Below, piece by piece: positions 31,305 to 41,570 of a stretch of DNA of 64,000 nt. Made by a program: the position numbers and the translations under genes. The stretch is taken from positions 64,001-128,000 of the forward strand of contig CAWDSK010000008.1 of the NCBI GenBank assembly GCA_963804995.1. The letters run 5' to 3'. The stretch's first letter is position 1. The number at the start of each line of letters is the position of its first letter. Source of the stretch: an uncultured Acidobacteriota bacterium (GTDB taxonomy: Bacteria > Acidobacteriota > Terriglobia > UBA7540). A model generated the notes under the pieces. The model was not told where the DNA came from, made no database searches, and saw nothing but the letters and a program-made list of their open reading frames with translations.

Positions 31305-31451
31305 AGGAAGGGTAAGTCTGATTGCTCCCCCGGTCCCCGTGTCGACGCGTCGACATAGTACTGACGGGTCGCTGGCACTGCTCCTCCTCCCTTGCCGTTT
31401 CAAAATTGGTTTCCCCGCTTCGCTGCTTTGGGTTATCCTAACCCCGCCAAC

Positions 31452-33296
31452 ATGAACATTGATCCGGGCGCCACAAGTCCACAACCCCGCGCCGACAATT
31501 CCGGCTGGATCCGCCAGATGCCACTCGTGGGTGTGGCCGCCGTGACGGTCCTTACTTATGCCGCCACGCTGGGCTTCGGTTTTGTTTTTGACGATCACGG
31601 TCTCATTGAAAACAACGGCGCCCTTCGTTCCTGGAGATATTTTCCCAGCTACTTTACGTCCCACATTTGGAGTTTTCGCTACCCGCACTTGCTGGCCAAT
31701 TACTACCGGCCCTTCTTTCTGACCTGGCTGCGGGTGAACTATATTTTGTTTGGGCTTCGCCCGTGGGGCTGGCACCTTACTTCCGTCCTGACCCATGTGG
31801 CCGTGACCTGCCTGGTGTATTGGCTGGTCGTCCGGCTTGCCCGGGATGGCTGGGTCGCGGGCGTAGCGGCATTAGTCTTCGCTCTTCACCCTGTGCAAGC
31901 TGAGGCAGTTTCCGACATCACTTCGGTGCAAGAACCGCTCTCCACGTTTTTCCTGCTAGCCGGCGTTCTGGCCTGGCTGCACATGCGCGAACCGGCGCGG
32001 CAGAGAACCAGCCTGGCCTGCGCCTTGGCCTGTTATGCAGGCGCACTGCTGTCAAAGGAAAGCGGGCTCATGTTTCTTCCCCTGTTGGCGGTCCTGGAAG
32101 GAACCCTCCCGGCTCCGGGTAGCAGCACGCGAACGGTCCCCCAGCGGGTCCGCGATTTTCTGGCCGCGGTCATCCCTTTTCTGGGAATCACGCTCCTCTA
32201 CATCGCACTTCGGATTTGGGCGCTCAAAGGTTTTGCGCACACCGTCACTCCGGTGGCCCTCCGGACCGAAATATTTACGATTCCCTCCGTCCTGCTGTTT
32301 TATAGTCGAATGCTCGTGTGGCCCCTGGATCTGGCCTGCTACTACGACACACCCTATATTTCTACGCCGTCTCTGGGAGGCTTTGTGCTCCCGGGCGCGA
32401 TGGTTCTGGGGGTAATTGCCGCCCTGGGATTCTGGTATGCCAGGACCCGCCGGCACGCACCGGGGGAAGCGCGGCTCGTTGCCTTTGCCACGCTGTGGAT
32501 GGCCGTAGCCATCGTGCCCGTCCTGAACTTTCGGCTGTTGCCAGAGGGCGAGATTGCGCATGACCGTTATCTCTATCTTCCCCTGTTGGGGGTTGCCCTA
32601 TGGGTGGGCTTGGGATTGCGACAGGCAAGCCGCCTGGGGGCGCGTTTCCAGCGGCGGCCGATTTGGGGGCTTGCCGGAGTGGTGCTGCTCGCGCTGCTCC
32701 TGGGTTTCGCGGCCCTCCGGCAGAGTCTCTATTGGTCAGACGACCTCACGCTGAACTACCGCGCCCATTTGATTGCTCCTCGCAATGTTTATGCCACCAC
32801 CAGTCTTGCGGCTGCCGCGGCGCAAGTGGGAAAGGTGGAAGCGGCCATGGCGCTCTACCAACAGGCATTGGCGGCTCGGCCGGACTTCTGGCGAGCCAAT
32901 GTCAACCTGGCCTACATTTATTACGCGCATGGAAACTTTCAGGAAGCCTCTGGCTACTTTCAGCGTGCCTGCGCGGCAGACCCCACGGACGGGGATCAGT
33001 TCCTCTATTTGGGTATGTCCCTGCTTCGAGTGGGTCAACCCGGGGAGGCGGAGAAGGCGGTCCGCACCGCACTGCTGGTCAGGCCAAACGGAGTAAACTA
33101 CCATCTCGGTTTGGGGATGGTCCTGATGCAGGAGGGTAAGCTCGAAGAGGCGCGGCAGGAATTGGAAAAGGATCTCGCGGCAGACCCGCACAATGCCCAA
33201 GCGGAAGCCCTGCTAGGGCAAGTGACTCAGCAACTGGAAAATTCTCACCAGACGCTAACTTCCGGGCCTTCCGCCGCAAGCCCGGCACAGCCTTAA
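31452..33296 (+). CDS. TMTC-like GT-C glycosyltransferase with C-terminal TPRs (paralog 1)
   Basis: FVFDD...YYRP...FALHPVQAEAV...LLSKES...DRYLYLP, followed by TPR repeats. Confidence 0.85.
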   Translation: MNIDPGATSPQPRADNSGWIRQMPLVGVAAVTVLTYAATLGFGFVFDDHGLIENNGALRSWRYFPSYFTSHIWSFRYPHLLANYYRPFFLTWLRVNYILFGLRPWGWHLTSVLTHVAVTCLVYWLVVRLARDGWVAGVAALVFALHPVQAEAVSDITSVQEPLSTFFLLAGVLAWLHMREPARQRTSLACALACYAGALLSKESGLMFLPLLAVLEGTLPAPGSSTRTVPQRVRDFLAAVIPFLGITLLYIALRIWALKGFAHTVTPVALRTEIFTIPSVLLFYSRMLVWPLDLACYYDTPYISTPSLGGFVLPGAMVLGVIAALGFWYARTRRHAPGEARLVAFATLWMAVAIVPVLNFRLLPEGEIAHDRYLYLPLLGVALWVGLGLRQASRLGARFQRRPIWGLAGVVLLALLLGFAALRQSLYWSDDLTLNYRAHLIAPRNVYATTSLAAAAAQVGKVEAAMALYQQALAARPDFWRANVNLAYIYYAHGNFQEASGYFQRACAADPTDGDQFLYLGMSLLRVGQPGEAEKAVRTALLVRPNGVNYHLGLGMVLMQEGKLEEARQELEKDLAADPHNAQAEALLGQVTQQLENSHQTLTSGPSAASPAQP

Positions 33297-33316
33297 AGTA
33301 ATACTTTAAGTTAAGC

Positions 33317-34999
33317 GTGCAAAGAATTGAATTAAGGTCAGAAGGAGTCGGCGCCTTGAAGAAATCTCTTTTCGATCACTGGCCGCTTTATGCGTCAGTT
33401 CTTCTGTTCTTGGTGATCCTCTACATCGTCCTGGACGTGTCCGTCAGCCACAACCACGGCTATTTGGTGTATGCCGGCGATGACGCTTACATCGGGATGG
33501 CAGTGGCCAGGGATTTCTCGCAATTCGGGGTTTGGGGAGTGACGCGTTACGGATTCACCTCCCTGTCTTCAACCCTTCTTTGGACGCTTCTTTTGAGTTT
33601 GACTTATTACCTGGGAGGAGTTAATCAGATCGCGCCGCTCGTGTGGAATCTCGTCTTTGCCTTTCTGGTTTTGCTCGTTTCCTACGTCATACTTTCCCGC
33701 TACAAGGTTGCGGCCGGAGCGAAATTTGCGGCTCTCCTGGGCCTCATCCTGTTGCTCCCCTTGCCCTCTCTGGTTCTCATGGGGATGGAGCACACCCTGC
33801 AAACCTTGCTCGCGCTCCTCACGATATTCCTGGGGGCGCGGCTGCTCTCCCAGGAATCACCCGGCAGCGCCCGGCGTGATACGGTTCTGCTTCTCATCCT
33901 GGCGCCGCTGGTCACCAGCACGCGCTTTGAAGGAATGTTCCTGATTGCCGCCCTCAGCGGCCTTTCCCTCCTGTTCAAGCGTTGGCGTTTTGCCCTGGGG
34001 TTTGCCCTGTGCGGATTTCTCCCCATTGTTGTGCATGGGATCATTTCGGTGTCGCACGGGTGGTTCTGGTTTCCGACCTCGCTGCTGCAGAAGGCATCGT
34101 TACCGCATTCCGCCTCTGCCGCGGATTTCTTTCTTTCCCTGGTCAATCCCATCTTCATCAACTTCCGTTCGGCTCTCCATACGCTGGTCCTCGTCGTGGC
34201 GGTTCTCCTGGCTTACATCCTGGCCAGCGGGAAGGGAAGCCGCCCCACGGAAAGCCGGCAACTCTTCGGCGCCGTCGTGGTTTTACTCTGGCTGGCCCAC
34301 TTCGAGTTTGTGGGGTCCTCCCCCATGTACCGCTACGATGCGTATCTGTGTGCGTTAAGCATCGTCTACCTGGCCATGCAGGTTCCCGTCATCGCCGCCC
34401 AATTGCCGCGCGTGTTGGCGTTATCCACGTGGGCGAATTCCAGGAACCTCGCTTGCGTTTTACTGGCTCTGGTGCTTTTCTTCCCACTGGCCGTCAAGGG
34501 CAGCCGGCTCCTCTGGTTTCTGCCCCAGTGCACGATGAATACCTTTGAGCAGCAGTACCAGATGGGACTGTTCGTCCGCCAGTTTTACCAAGGCGCCGTG
34601 GTGGGGCTCAACGATATCGGGGCGGTCAATTTCCTGGCGGATATTCATTGCCTGGATTTATATGGACTGGCCGAACCGGAGATTACCGCAGCGATGCGGA
34701 ACCATACCTATCAAGCCCAAGACATCCAGCGCCTGGCAAATCAAAAGGGGGCGCGCATCGCCATCATCTATGACACCTGGTTCATGGGCGTAGTGCCGCC
34801 GGAATGGGTGCGGGTGGGCACCTGGACGATTCAGAACAACATCATCAACGGCAATGAGACGGTTTCCTTCTACGCCGTGGAGCGTGAGGAGGCAGCGCGC
34901 TTGAGTGAATCCCTGCTGGAATTCGCCCCGATGCTCCCTCCCGACGTGATCCAGCAAGGCGCATATCTAATGCAAGAGCAGCCCCTGGCCCGACCTTGA
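33317..34999 (+). CDS. Polytopic membrane protein, probable GT-C glycosyltransferase
   Basis: DDAYI after TM1, GME..L, TRFEG, NDIGA...DLYGL motifs. Confidence 0.75.
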   Translation: MQRIELRSEGVGALKKSLFDHWPLYASVLLFLVILYIVLDVSVSHNHGYLVYAGDDAYIGMAVARDFSQFGVWGVTRYGFTSLSSTLLWTLLLSLTYYLGGVNQIAPLVWNLVFAFLVLLVSYVILSRYKVAAGAKFAALLGLILLLPLPSLVLMGMEHTLQTLLALLTIFLGARLLSQESPGSARRDTVLLLILAPLVTSTRFEGMFLIAALSGLSLLFKRWRFALGFALCGFLPIVVHGIISVSHGWFWFPTSLLQKASLPHSASAADFFLSLVNPIFINFRSALHTLVLVVAVLLAYILASGKGSRPTESRQLFGAVVVLLWLAHFEFVGSSPMYRYDAYLCALSIVYLAMQVPVIAAQLPRVLALSTWANSRNLACVLLALVLFFPLAVKGSRLLWFLPQCTMNTFEQQYQMGLFVRQFYQGAVVGLNDIGAVNFLADIHCLDLYGLAEPEITAAMRNHTYQAQDIQRLANQKGARIAIIYDTWFMGVVPPEWVRVGTWTIQNNIINGNETVSFYAVEREEAARLSESLLEFAPMLPPDVIQQGAYLMQEQPLARP

Positions 35000-35053
35000 C
35001 TCCGGTCTGGAGCGTAGGAAATTGGTCCGCTTGACGGGTTCCAACCTTCAGGG

Positions 35054-35663
35054 GGCTGGCGCAGGGCGAGCTCAGCCCTGCGATTCACCATGCCTGGTGA
35101 TATTCCTCCGATCTAAGAAACAAGCTTGCGATTCTATGATCGAAACGATTCCTCCGCCGCGGCGTTGGACCTGGTGACTTGATTTGCACTAATTCGCAGA
35201 GCTGGGCTCGCTCTGCGCCAACCAGCCTACACAGGACGCGGCGGTTCAGGCGGCGCTGCGGCGGAATACGGGATGGGCTTGGTGAATCTGCGGGTGCGCG
35301 GCGGCGGTTTTCCTGAAAACAAAAACGAGTTTGCCGGGCTCGGGGGCGTCTTCGAGGTCGAGTTCGAGGCCGCAGTCATTTACGAAGTGGTCGCGAATGG
35401 CTTGGGCGGCGCTGAGCGTGAAGGCTTCCCGATAAATTAAGCCGTCACCCAGATCCGCTACGAGGTGGTTTTGGAAAAATGGTCCGCGCGGGTCTTTGGC
35501 CGTGCCCACACACCATTCGCCCCAGCCTCCCCCGAATTTCTGAATGTGTTCCTGGATGTCCGTAATAATGTCAGCGCGATTGCTGGGCATGGTTGTTACC
35601 CTCCCCGGACCGGCTGACTTGATGTGCCCTAAATCGCAGAACTGGGCTCGCCCTGCGCCAGCC
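35054..35663. repeat. Hairpin repeat family: direct copies at 35167-35223 and 35607-35663, inverted copy at 35054-35085
   Basis: 57-bp direct repeats with 8 mismatches; covarying stem GCAG(A/G)GC...G(C/T)(T/C)CTGC. Confidence 0.85.
35246..35590 (-). CDS. Small hypothetical protein, possibly a degenerate GIY-YIG-like fold
   Basis: RBS GGGGAGG; W.VG.AKDP...H pattern recalls GIY-YIG-like proteins (from memory). Confidence 0.65.
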   Translation of the reverse strand: MPSNRADIITDIQEHIQKFGGGWGEWCVGTAKDPRGPFFQNHLVADLGDGLIYREAFTLSAAQAIRDHFVNDCGLELDLEDAPEPGKLVFVFRKTAAAHPQIHQAHPVFRRSAA

Positions 35664-35725
35664 GACCGAGAGGCGCCAGCGCGTTCCCCAGCTTACACTT
35701 CAATGGTTTTCTTAGCGCTTTTGGG

Positions 35726-36271
35726 TCAAGCCCCTCGGTCATGGTCCGATGCGTGCTCTTGCCTTGGACATCCCCCCTTGTCCCTGGCATTGATCCGCTT
35801 GGCGAGGGGCTTCAAAAGGAAGAGCGAAGCGCCGGTCAAGAACACGGTCCATACAACGTTTGTGGCGATCTCAAGCAGGGCTGAAGCCGAGTTGGACGGA
35901 AAGCCCAAGTGAGTTATTCCCATCCAGTCGATTAGCATGAACAAGCCGAAAACCACCGGGGCCCCGCATATGACCCGCCTCTTTAGGATTCTCCACATCT
36001 CGGCCTCTGACTTGACGACAGTGCGAGGGGCAATTGGCGTTATTTCCCGTCCTCGCCTGTCGACTCCAGCTCCGCAGACCGGACACGTCCAACCACCCCA
36101 CATGGCCTGTCGGAGGGACCGTGGCTCGCGTAAGCTTGGAAGCGGGGTGTTGCATCGCGGGCAAGAAACCGGGTTTAGATTGATTCCCCATTTGTTCTTG
36201 GCGGCACCGTATGCTACCAACACTGCGCCGACCATCAGCGCGAATAAAAGCACTACCACAAAAATCGCCAT
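35726..36271 (-). CDS. Membrane protein with Zn ribbon; candidate Rhs immunity protein
   Basis: Directly downstream of the Rhs gene; RBS GGAGGAG; TM-CPRC...CPVC-TM-TM. Confidence 0.7.
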   Translation of the reverse strand: MAIFVVVLLFALMVGAVLVAYGAAKNKWGINLNPVSCPRCNTPLPSLREPRSLRQAMWGGWTCPVCGAGVDRRGREITPIAPRTVVKSEAEMWRILKRRVICGAPVVFGLFMLIDWMGITHLGFPSNSASALLEIATNVVWTVFLTGASLFLLKPLAKRINARDKGGCPRQEHASDHDRGA

Positions 36272-36323
36272 TTCTCCTCCAGACAGGCCCAGCTAGCAGG
36301 CTATGGGACAGCCATTTCTATTA

Positions 36324-39300
36324 CTAATAAACCCCAGAGGCAGAGCAGACACCCGAGGCCGCCGAGCCCCAGATTGCTCCACCAGCCGCGCCAATCGTCC
36401 CCCCAGTCAAACCACCCAAAAGCCCAGCGACCGGGATGGTGAGTTCGTCGCCGACACCCATCCCCAAGACCGTTCCAGACACAACGCCCGCGTATATTCC
36501 GGCAGCTGCCCCCTTCGAAGCACCAAACACAAACCAGTTCCATACATTGTTTGCCGGCGAGCTTCCACAATAGAACGACTTTGCGGCCTGCTTAATCTGC
36601 GGCAACCGCGGCGTAGACGGACCTAGCGGCGGCAGGGGTGGAAAGCCAGCCGGAAGCGGCAAGGATATGAATGACCCGGAGTCACCTGTGTCTCCGGTCA
36701 GCCCAAGGCCGCCTGTATCCCCGGTCTGAGTCGAAACGGTCCAGAATCCGTCGAAGCCGAACATAACATCGGCGATCGATCCTCCAGGGAGCATGCCGCT
36801 TACCCAGACATCTGTTGCCGGAGTGTAGTACGCCGTTGTCACGGTGGAGTTGGCGGCCCACTGGGCGACTTGGGACTCGAAAATTGCATTTGTCCAGCCA
36901 TGCGTGGCGTTGGCCAAGAAACTGCAACCCGGATCCTCAACCTCATCCACGTAGCACGTGACCCCCTGAGTCATGTTTGTGTTCCAGTTGCCTCCTCCCT
37001 GTCCCCAATAGCGATAGGGAATCGGAGGGTCGAGCCCTAGCGGGTCGGTGAGCGTCGTGGGGTTATTCAGCACGTAGGCGTAGCGGTTGAGCGACTGAGG
37101 ATTGGTGACATCCCCAGCGAGCGGGTCGGGGCTCATCCAGCGGCCGTAGGTGGGGGAGTACCGGCGGAACTGGGTCTGGTATTGCTCGATGCTGGGGTCT
37201 TCGTCCGGCAGGCTGGCGAAGATTTGGTGCAGTTCGTGGGCGAAGATTTCCGAGGGGTCCTGCCATTTCTGTCCCCAGGGATAGAACAGGGCCTCACTGC
37301 CGGTGCTTCCCGCCCAATTCGTGGCCTGCGAGACCGATCCCAGGGCGTTGGGGTGGTCCAGGTAAGCCCCGATGGTTTCGTAGTCCGCCACCAGGCGCGA
37401 GCCCATGAAGAGAAACGCGCAGTAGGACGTGCCGCCCCAGTTGGCGCCCACCATCAGCCCGTCCGCGTCGTGCCACCAATTGACCAGGCTCGAGGGAAAT
37501 TGCCAGTACACTCGCCACCCCAGCGCATTGTAAGTCATCGCGTTGCCGTCCAGCGTGCTCATGCGCCCCTCGGCATCCCATTGGTAATTGTGCGAGCCGT
37601 CGGCCAGCACATTCCCCGCCGCGTCGTAAGTGAACCCGCTGATCCGATTGCTGGAGGCACTGAAAGTCCAGTTCGGGCAGGGCCCGTTCGTCTGCCCGTT
37701 GGTTGAGCAGCCCATGTTGCCGTAACGGTCGTAAGAGAAATTCAGGTAGTAAGTGCTGTTGCCGGTCGCCTGGCCCAGAGTCAATCGGTTCAGGCTGTCG
37801 TAACTGTACGAGGCGCTGTGGCTCAGTCCGCTGTAAACGTTGTCCAGGTAATAGTAACCCGCCGCGTTGCCGTTGTCGTTGGTCCCCGACGGCCAATTCG
37901 CGGGCGACTCCGAACAGGCTGAAGCATTCTGCACACCCACGTAATAATTGTACACCCAGCAGTTGAACTGCGCATGGTTCGAGGCGGTGCCCAGCTCGGC
38001 CACGGCCATCTGCAAGCGATTGTTGTATACGTAGGTTTCCTGGATTTGGGTGCAGCCCGACCCCGTACAACCGTTCAGCAGGGTGCTCACTTGCCCGGTC
38101 GGCGCGTAGGTAATGTTCTGGGCGAGATACTGGGGATCAAGGGAGTCCACCAGACTGCTCTCAATGGACGTAATGCGCTGTGCTTCGGAAACGGTGTTGG
38201 TAAAAGTGATATTCGCCGGGTGCGTCCAGCTTGTCACGTCACCCGCCAAGTCGTAATTGTAGGCGGTCTGCCAGATACTCGCGCTGCTGCAGTTGTAGGG
38301 CGTGCACTGCCAGAAGTTCGTGGGCCGCCCCATGGGGTCGTAACTGTAAACCGCTGCCGTCTGCGGGCTGCTGCACGTTCCGGAATTCGATCCCGTGCAG
38401 GCAACTGTCAAACGACCTAAGGCATTACTGAAGGTGACGCCAGACCAAGCCGGCCACGAACTCGGCGCCCGATCGTAGAAGAAGCTCGCCGGCGGGGTGC
38501 TGTCGGAATAGGTCTTCCCAGTAAGGCGATTCAGCGGGTCGAGGTATGCGTACGTGGTGGTAATGCTGCGCGCGTCGGTCCGGCTACAGGGTGCGTTCGC
38601 ATCCCCGCTGCATGGCCCACCTGACGTGTAGTAGGAATAATTCGTTGTGCCGGACTCGGGCGTGGTGGCCTGGGTCAACCGCCCTAGGCCGTCATAGGAG
38701 TAACTGCGGGTTTGGCTGCCTTGGCTGACCCCCGTGAGGTTACCTAGCGGGTTGTAAGAGTATGTGGTCTGGTAATTGAGGTTGTTCGGGTCTTCGAAAG
38801 CCTGTGTGGTCCAGCCCAGCGCGCCCATACATAGCTTACGGCCCTTGCCTCCGGGGTCAGTGACTGTAACGCAGTTGCCGGAATAACTGCTTGATGTTGT
38901 CGAGTTGTCGGGCATGATTACAGCCGTGGGGCGGTTAAGGGCGTCGTAGTTGTATTGGGTCGTTCCGTCGGTGGGGCCGGATGTACTGGAGTGGGGATTG
39001 CTCACCTTCCAAACACGCCCCAAGGCATCGTACGTTGTGTCAACTTCAGAAATGACTGAACCTCCGCTGTCAAGAAGCTTCTGTGTGATTACGCGCCCGA
39101 GGCCGTCGAGAACTGTCTCGTCATGGCGAGTAATGGAACTCGTCAATGCCGTGTATACATCAAGCACGGTGGCCGTATAGTCGATAGTTTTGGATCCGGT
39201 ATCGGGATAGGTCGTTGAAGTTAGCCGCCAGAATGGATCGTTGTACTGAAAAGTGGTTTCCAGGCCGGTGATCTGCCCGTTCGGATCCTTTTCCGAAGTC

Positions 39301-41058
39301 ATCAGCCCACCATTACAGTTCCAGGTCATCGATTCAGTCAGAGATGCTGGCAGGCTCACACTCGTCGGGAAGGCGTCGTTGCACGAGCCGCTGGTGTAGT
39401 TGTACGTCGTGGTATTGGTCTTGAAATCTGTGGCGGTCTGGATTGCGCCGTTGCCGAGATAAGTAAAGGACCGGGAAATCGTGGTCATATTAGGCCCAGA
39501 GTGACTCTCGCTCAGGACGTTCCCGTTAGAGTCATAGCCATAGGTGGTTTGAGCGACGAGGTTGCTGGAGCCATCCTCAATTGTCACGGTCAGAGGCCGA
39601 TCAGCGATCACGCCGAGGTTTGTGTCGTAAGCGGTGATGGTTTTACGGATCAAAGTAAGACCATAGTCGTACTCATCGACTTCGGTGGGCAGACTGTTGG
39701 AGTTGTATTTGGTGACTGTCTGGGACTGCTGACCGGTCGGCAGAGTTTTTAAAACTTGCAACTGGGTGAAGGGCGTGGTTACGTTCGAAGGCTGGACGGA
39801 GGGGCAGGCGGAGCCGTTGTAGCAGGTGTCGATGGTTTCGAGGAGGGTGCCCCCTGTTGTAGTGTAGACTTTTCGTTCCGTCTCGTAGATGCCCTGTGAA
39901 GTGCTTACGGTATTGACCACAGTCGTGGGCTCGTTGCCCTGTGGATCTTGCGGCGCGGTGATGGTGGTCGTGGAATACGTCGTCCCGGAAACGACGGAGC
40001 GCGAATAATTCCAGGTGCCATCGGGCGTCTGCCGCGTCAGGCTCGAACACGAAGGGGACCCCACCTCCGTTGCAGTTGAAGCTGCCGTAAGTGTAAGTGA
40101 TCGTTCCGCCTGTGGGCAGGGTCACGGATTGAATTCGACCGGTGGTGTCGGCTGGATACCCGGGGGTTGGTTCGTACGTGAACGAGTACGAATGCCCATC
40201 GGGCAAGACAATACTGCTGACGAGGCTTGCTGGGTTCGGCCCGTATTCGCTGGCATTGCATCCGAAGTTGCTTTTGACGTTGTAGGAAGAGTAATTCACG
40301 GTAACGGACTCATTTGTCGACCACCCCGTGTAGGTGTAAACGTCCGGATTAGTGGACGTATATGTGAGCGCCGTAGTACCGAGGGTGTCTGTGACGTTTG
40401 ATAGAGTCACTGTGATCTTGTTGCCATTCGGGTCCTTCACGCTCCCTGATCCTTTTATGGGGTAGGGGTAGGCTCCACCGGGTGGCGTGATGACAACCCC
40501 GGAGGGAAGCGTTATCGTCGCAGAAATGCCAACCCCTTGCGTGGTGGCGCTCAAGTAGAGCGCCGATCCGTCCCTGGCCGTAATGCTGCCAGAGCCATGC
40601 GACCCGCCTGTACACTGAGAGGTGTCAGTGAGGCGGAAGCCGGGAAAGGTGTGGACGCCTCCGTCGGGGCTATAAAAAACAAAGTTGCTGTCCGTATAAT
40701 AGTAGTTGGTTGTGGGATAGGTGCACTTAGTTTGCGTCTGGCTGTATCCGACGGCTCCCGTGATCGTCTCGCTGCCATTTCGCCAACCCCATTGGCCGAC
40801 CGGATTCCAACTTCCCACGTCTTGCCAAATGGAGCTGTCGTAGGTCAGGACTCCATTGAAAGGTAGGCCACGCCCAGCTCTAGAAAAAATTGGGATTTCA
40901 AAGTGGACGTTCAGATTACCATTGTTAACAGTGTCAAATGGTCCGCTGCTAAAGCTGCCAAAGGGCGGATATCCTGTGCCAACTTGCGCTGAAGCAACCT
41001 GAACGATGAACAGAATTCCAGTCAGCAGGTAGGCGAACCTCAAAGAAGTACGCGTCAT
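36324..41058 (-). CDS. RHS/YD-repeat protein with Sec signal peptide and C-terminal toxin-like extension (apparent frameshift at about 40045)
   Basis: Signal peptide MTRTSLRFAYLLTGILFIVQVASA; YD repeats; core RRYSPTYGRWMSPDP...NPQSLNRYAYVLNNP...DPLG. Confidence 0.9.
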
Positions 41059-41207
41059 CTTGCACCTCCGCGATGAATATTGGGAAGCATGAGTGCGTTA
41101 TACGGCAGGCCACTGGCGACTCCTACGGCTGCACAGCGAAACACATGAGGCAGAGCAACGCCGAAAGAACCCCCCTGAGTACGGGAAAGGGTGAATGCTT
41201 TCGGCAT
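41055..41207 (-). CDS. Putative 50-aa leader ORF coupled to the Rhs gene
   Basis: AGGAGG 5 nt before ATG; MPKAFTLSRTQGG...HRGGAR; its TGA overlaps the Rhs ATG. Confidence 0.4.
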   Translation of the reverse strand: MPKAFTLSRTQGGSFGVALPHVFRCAAVGVASGLPYNALMLPNIHRGGAR

Positions 41208-41570
41208 GGCGGCCTCCTAACCAGGATTACAACTGCACGAGGCACAGATAATGAGATATGGGCGTACTGCGACGCTATTTACGCCTGATAGAGTACGATG
41301 TCAAGATGCAAATTGTCGCTGCTATTAATATTTTACATTTCGTGTACAAATTGTCTTTGGCTGTGGATTAACCCTGCTCAGCTTCGCCACAGCAGGGTGA
41401 CTTTGTGGCGGCATTGCGAGGACAGCTTCTGGGGCTTCGACCGCTCCCCCTAGCCCGATCCCCCTTACTCGGATACAATCCACTGGGATGTATTACGCCA
41501 TACTCCCCAGGTTTTCGAAGCGCAGAAACTTTCGACAGCCCCTGCCGCTTTGCGCTATCGTAGGGCCTCA

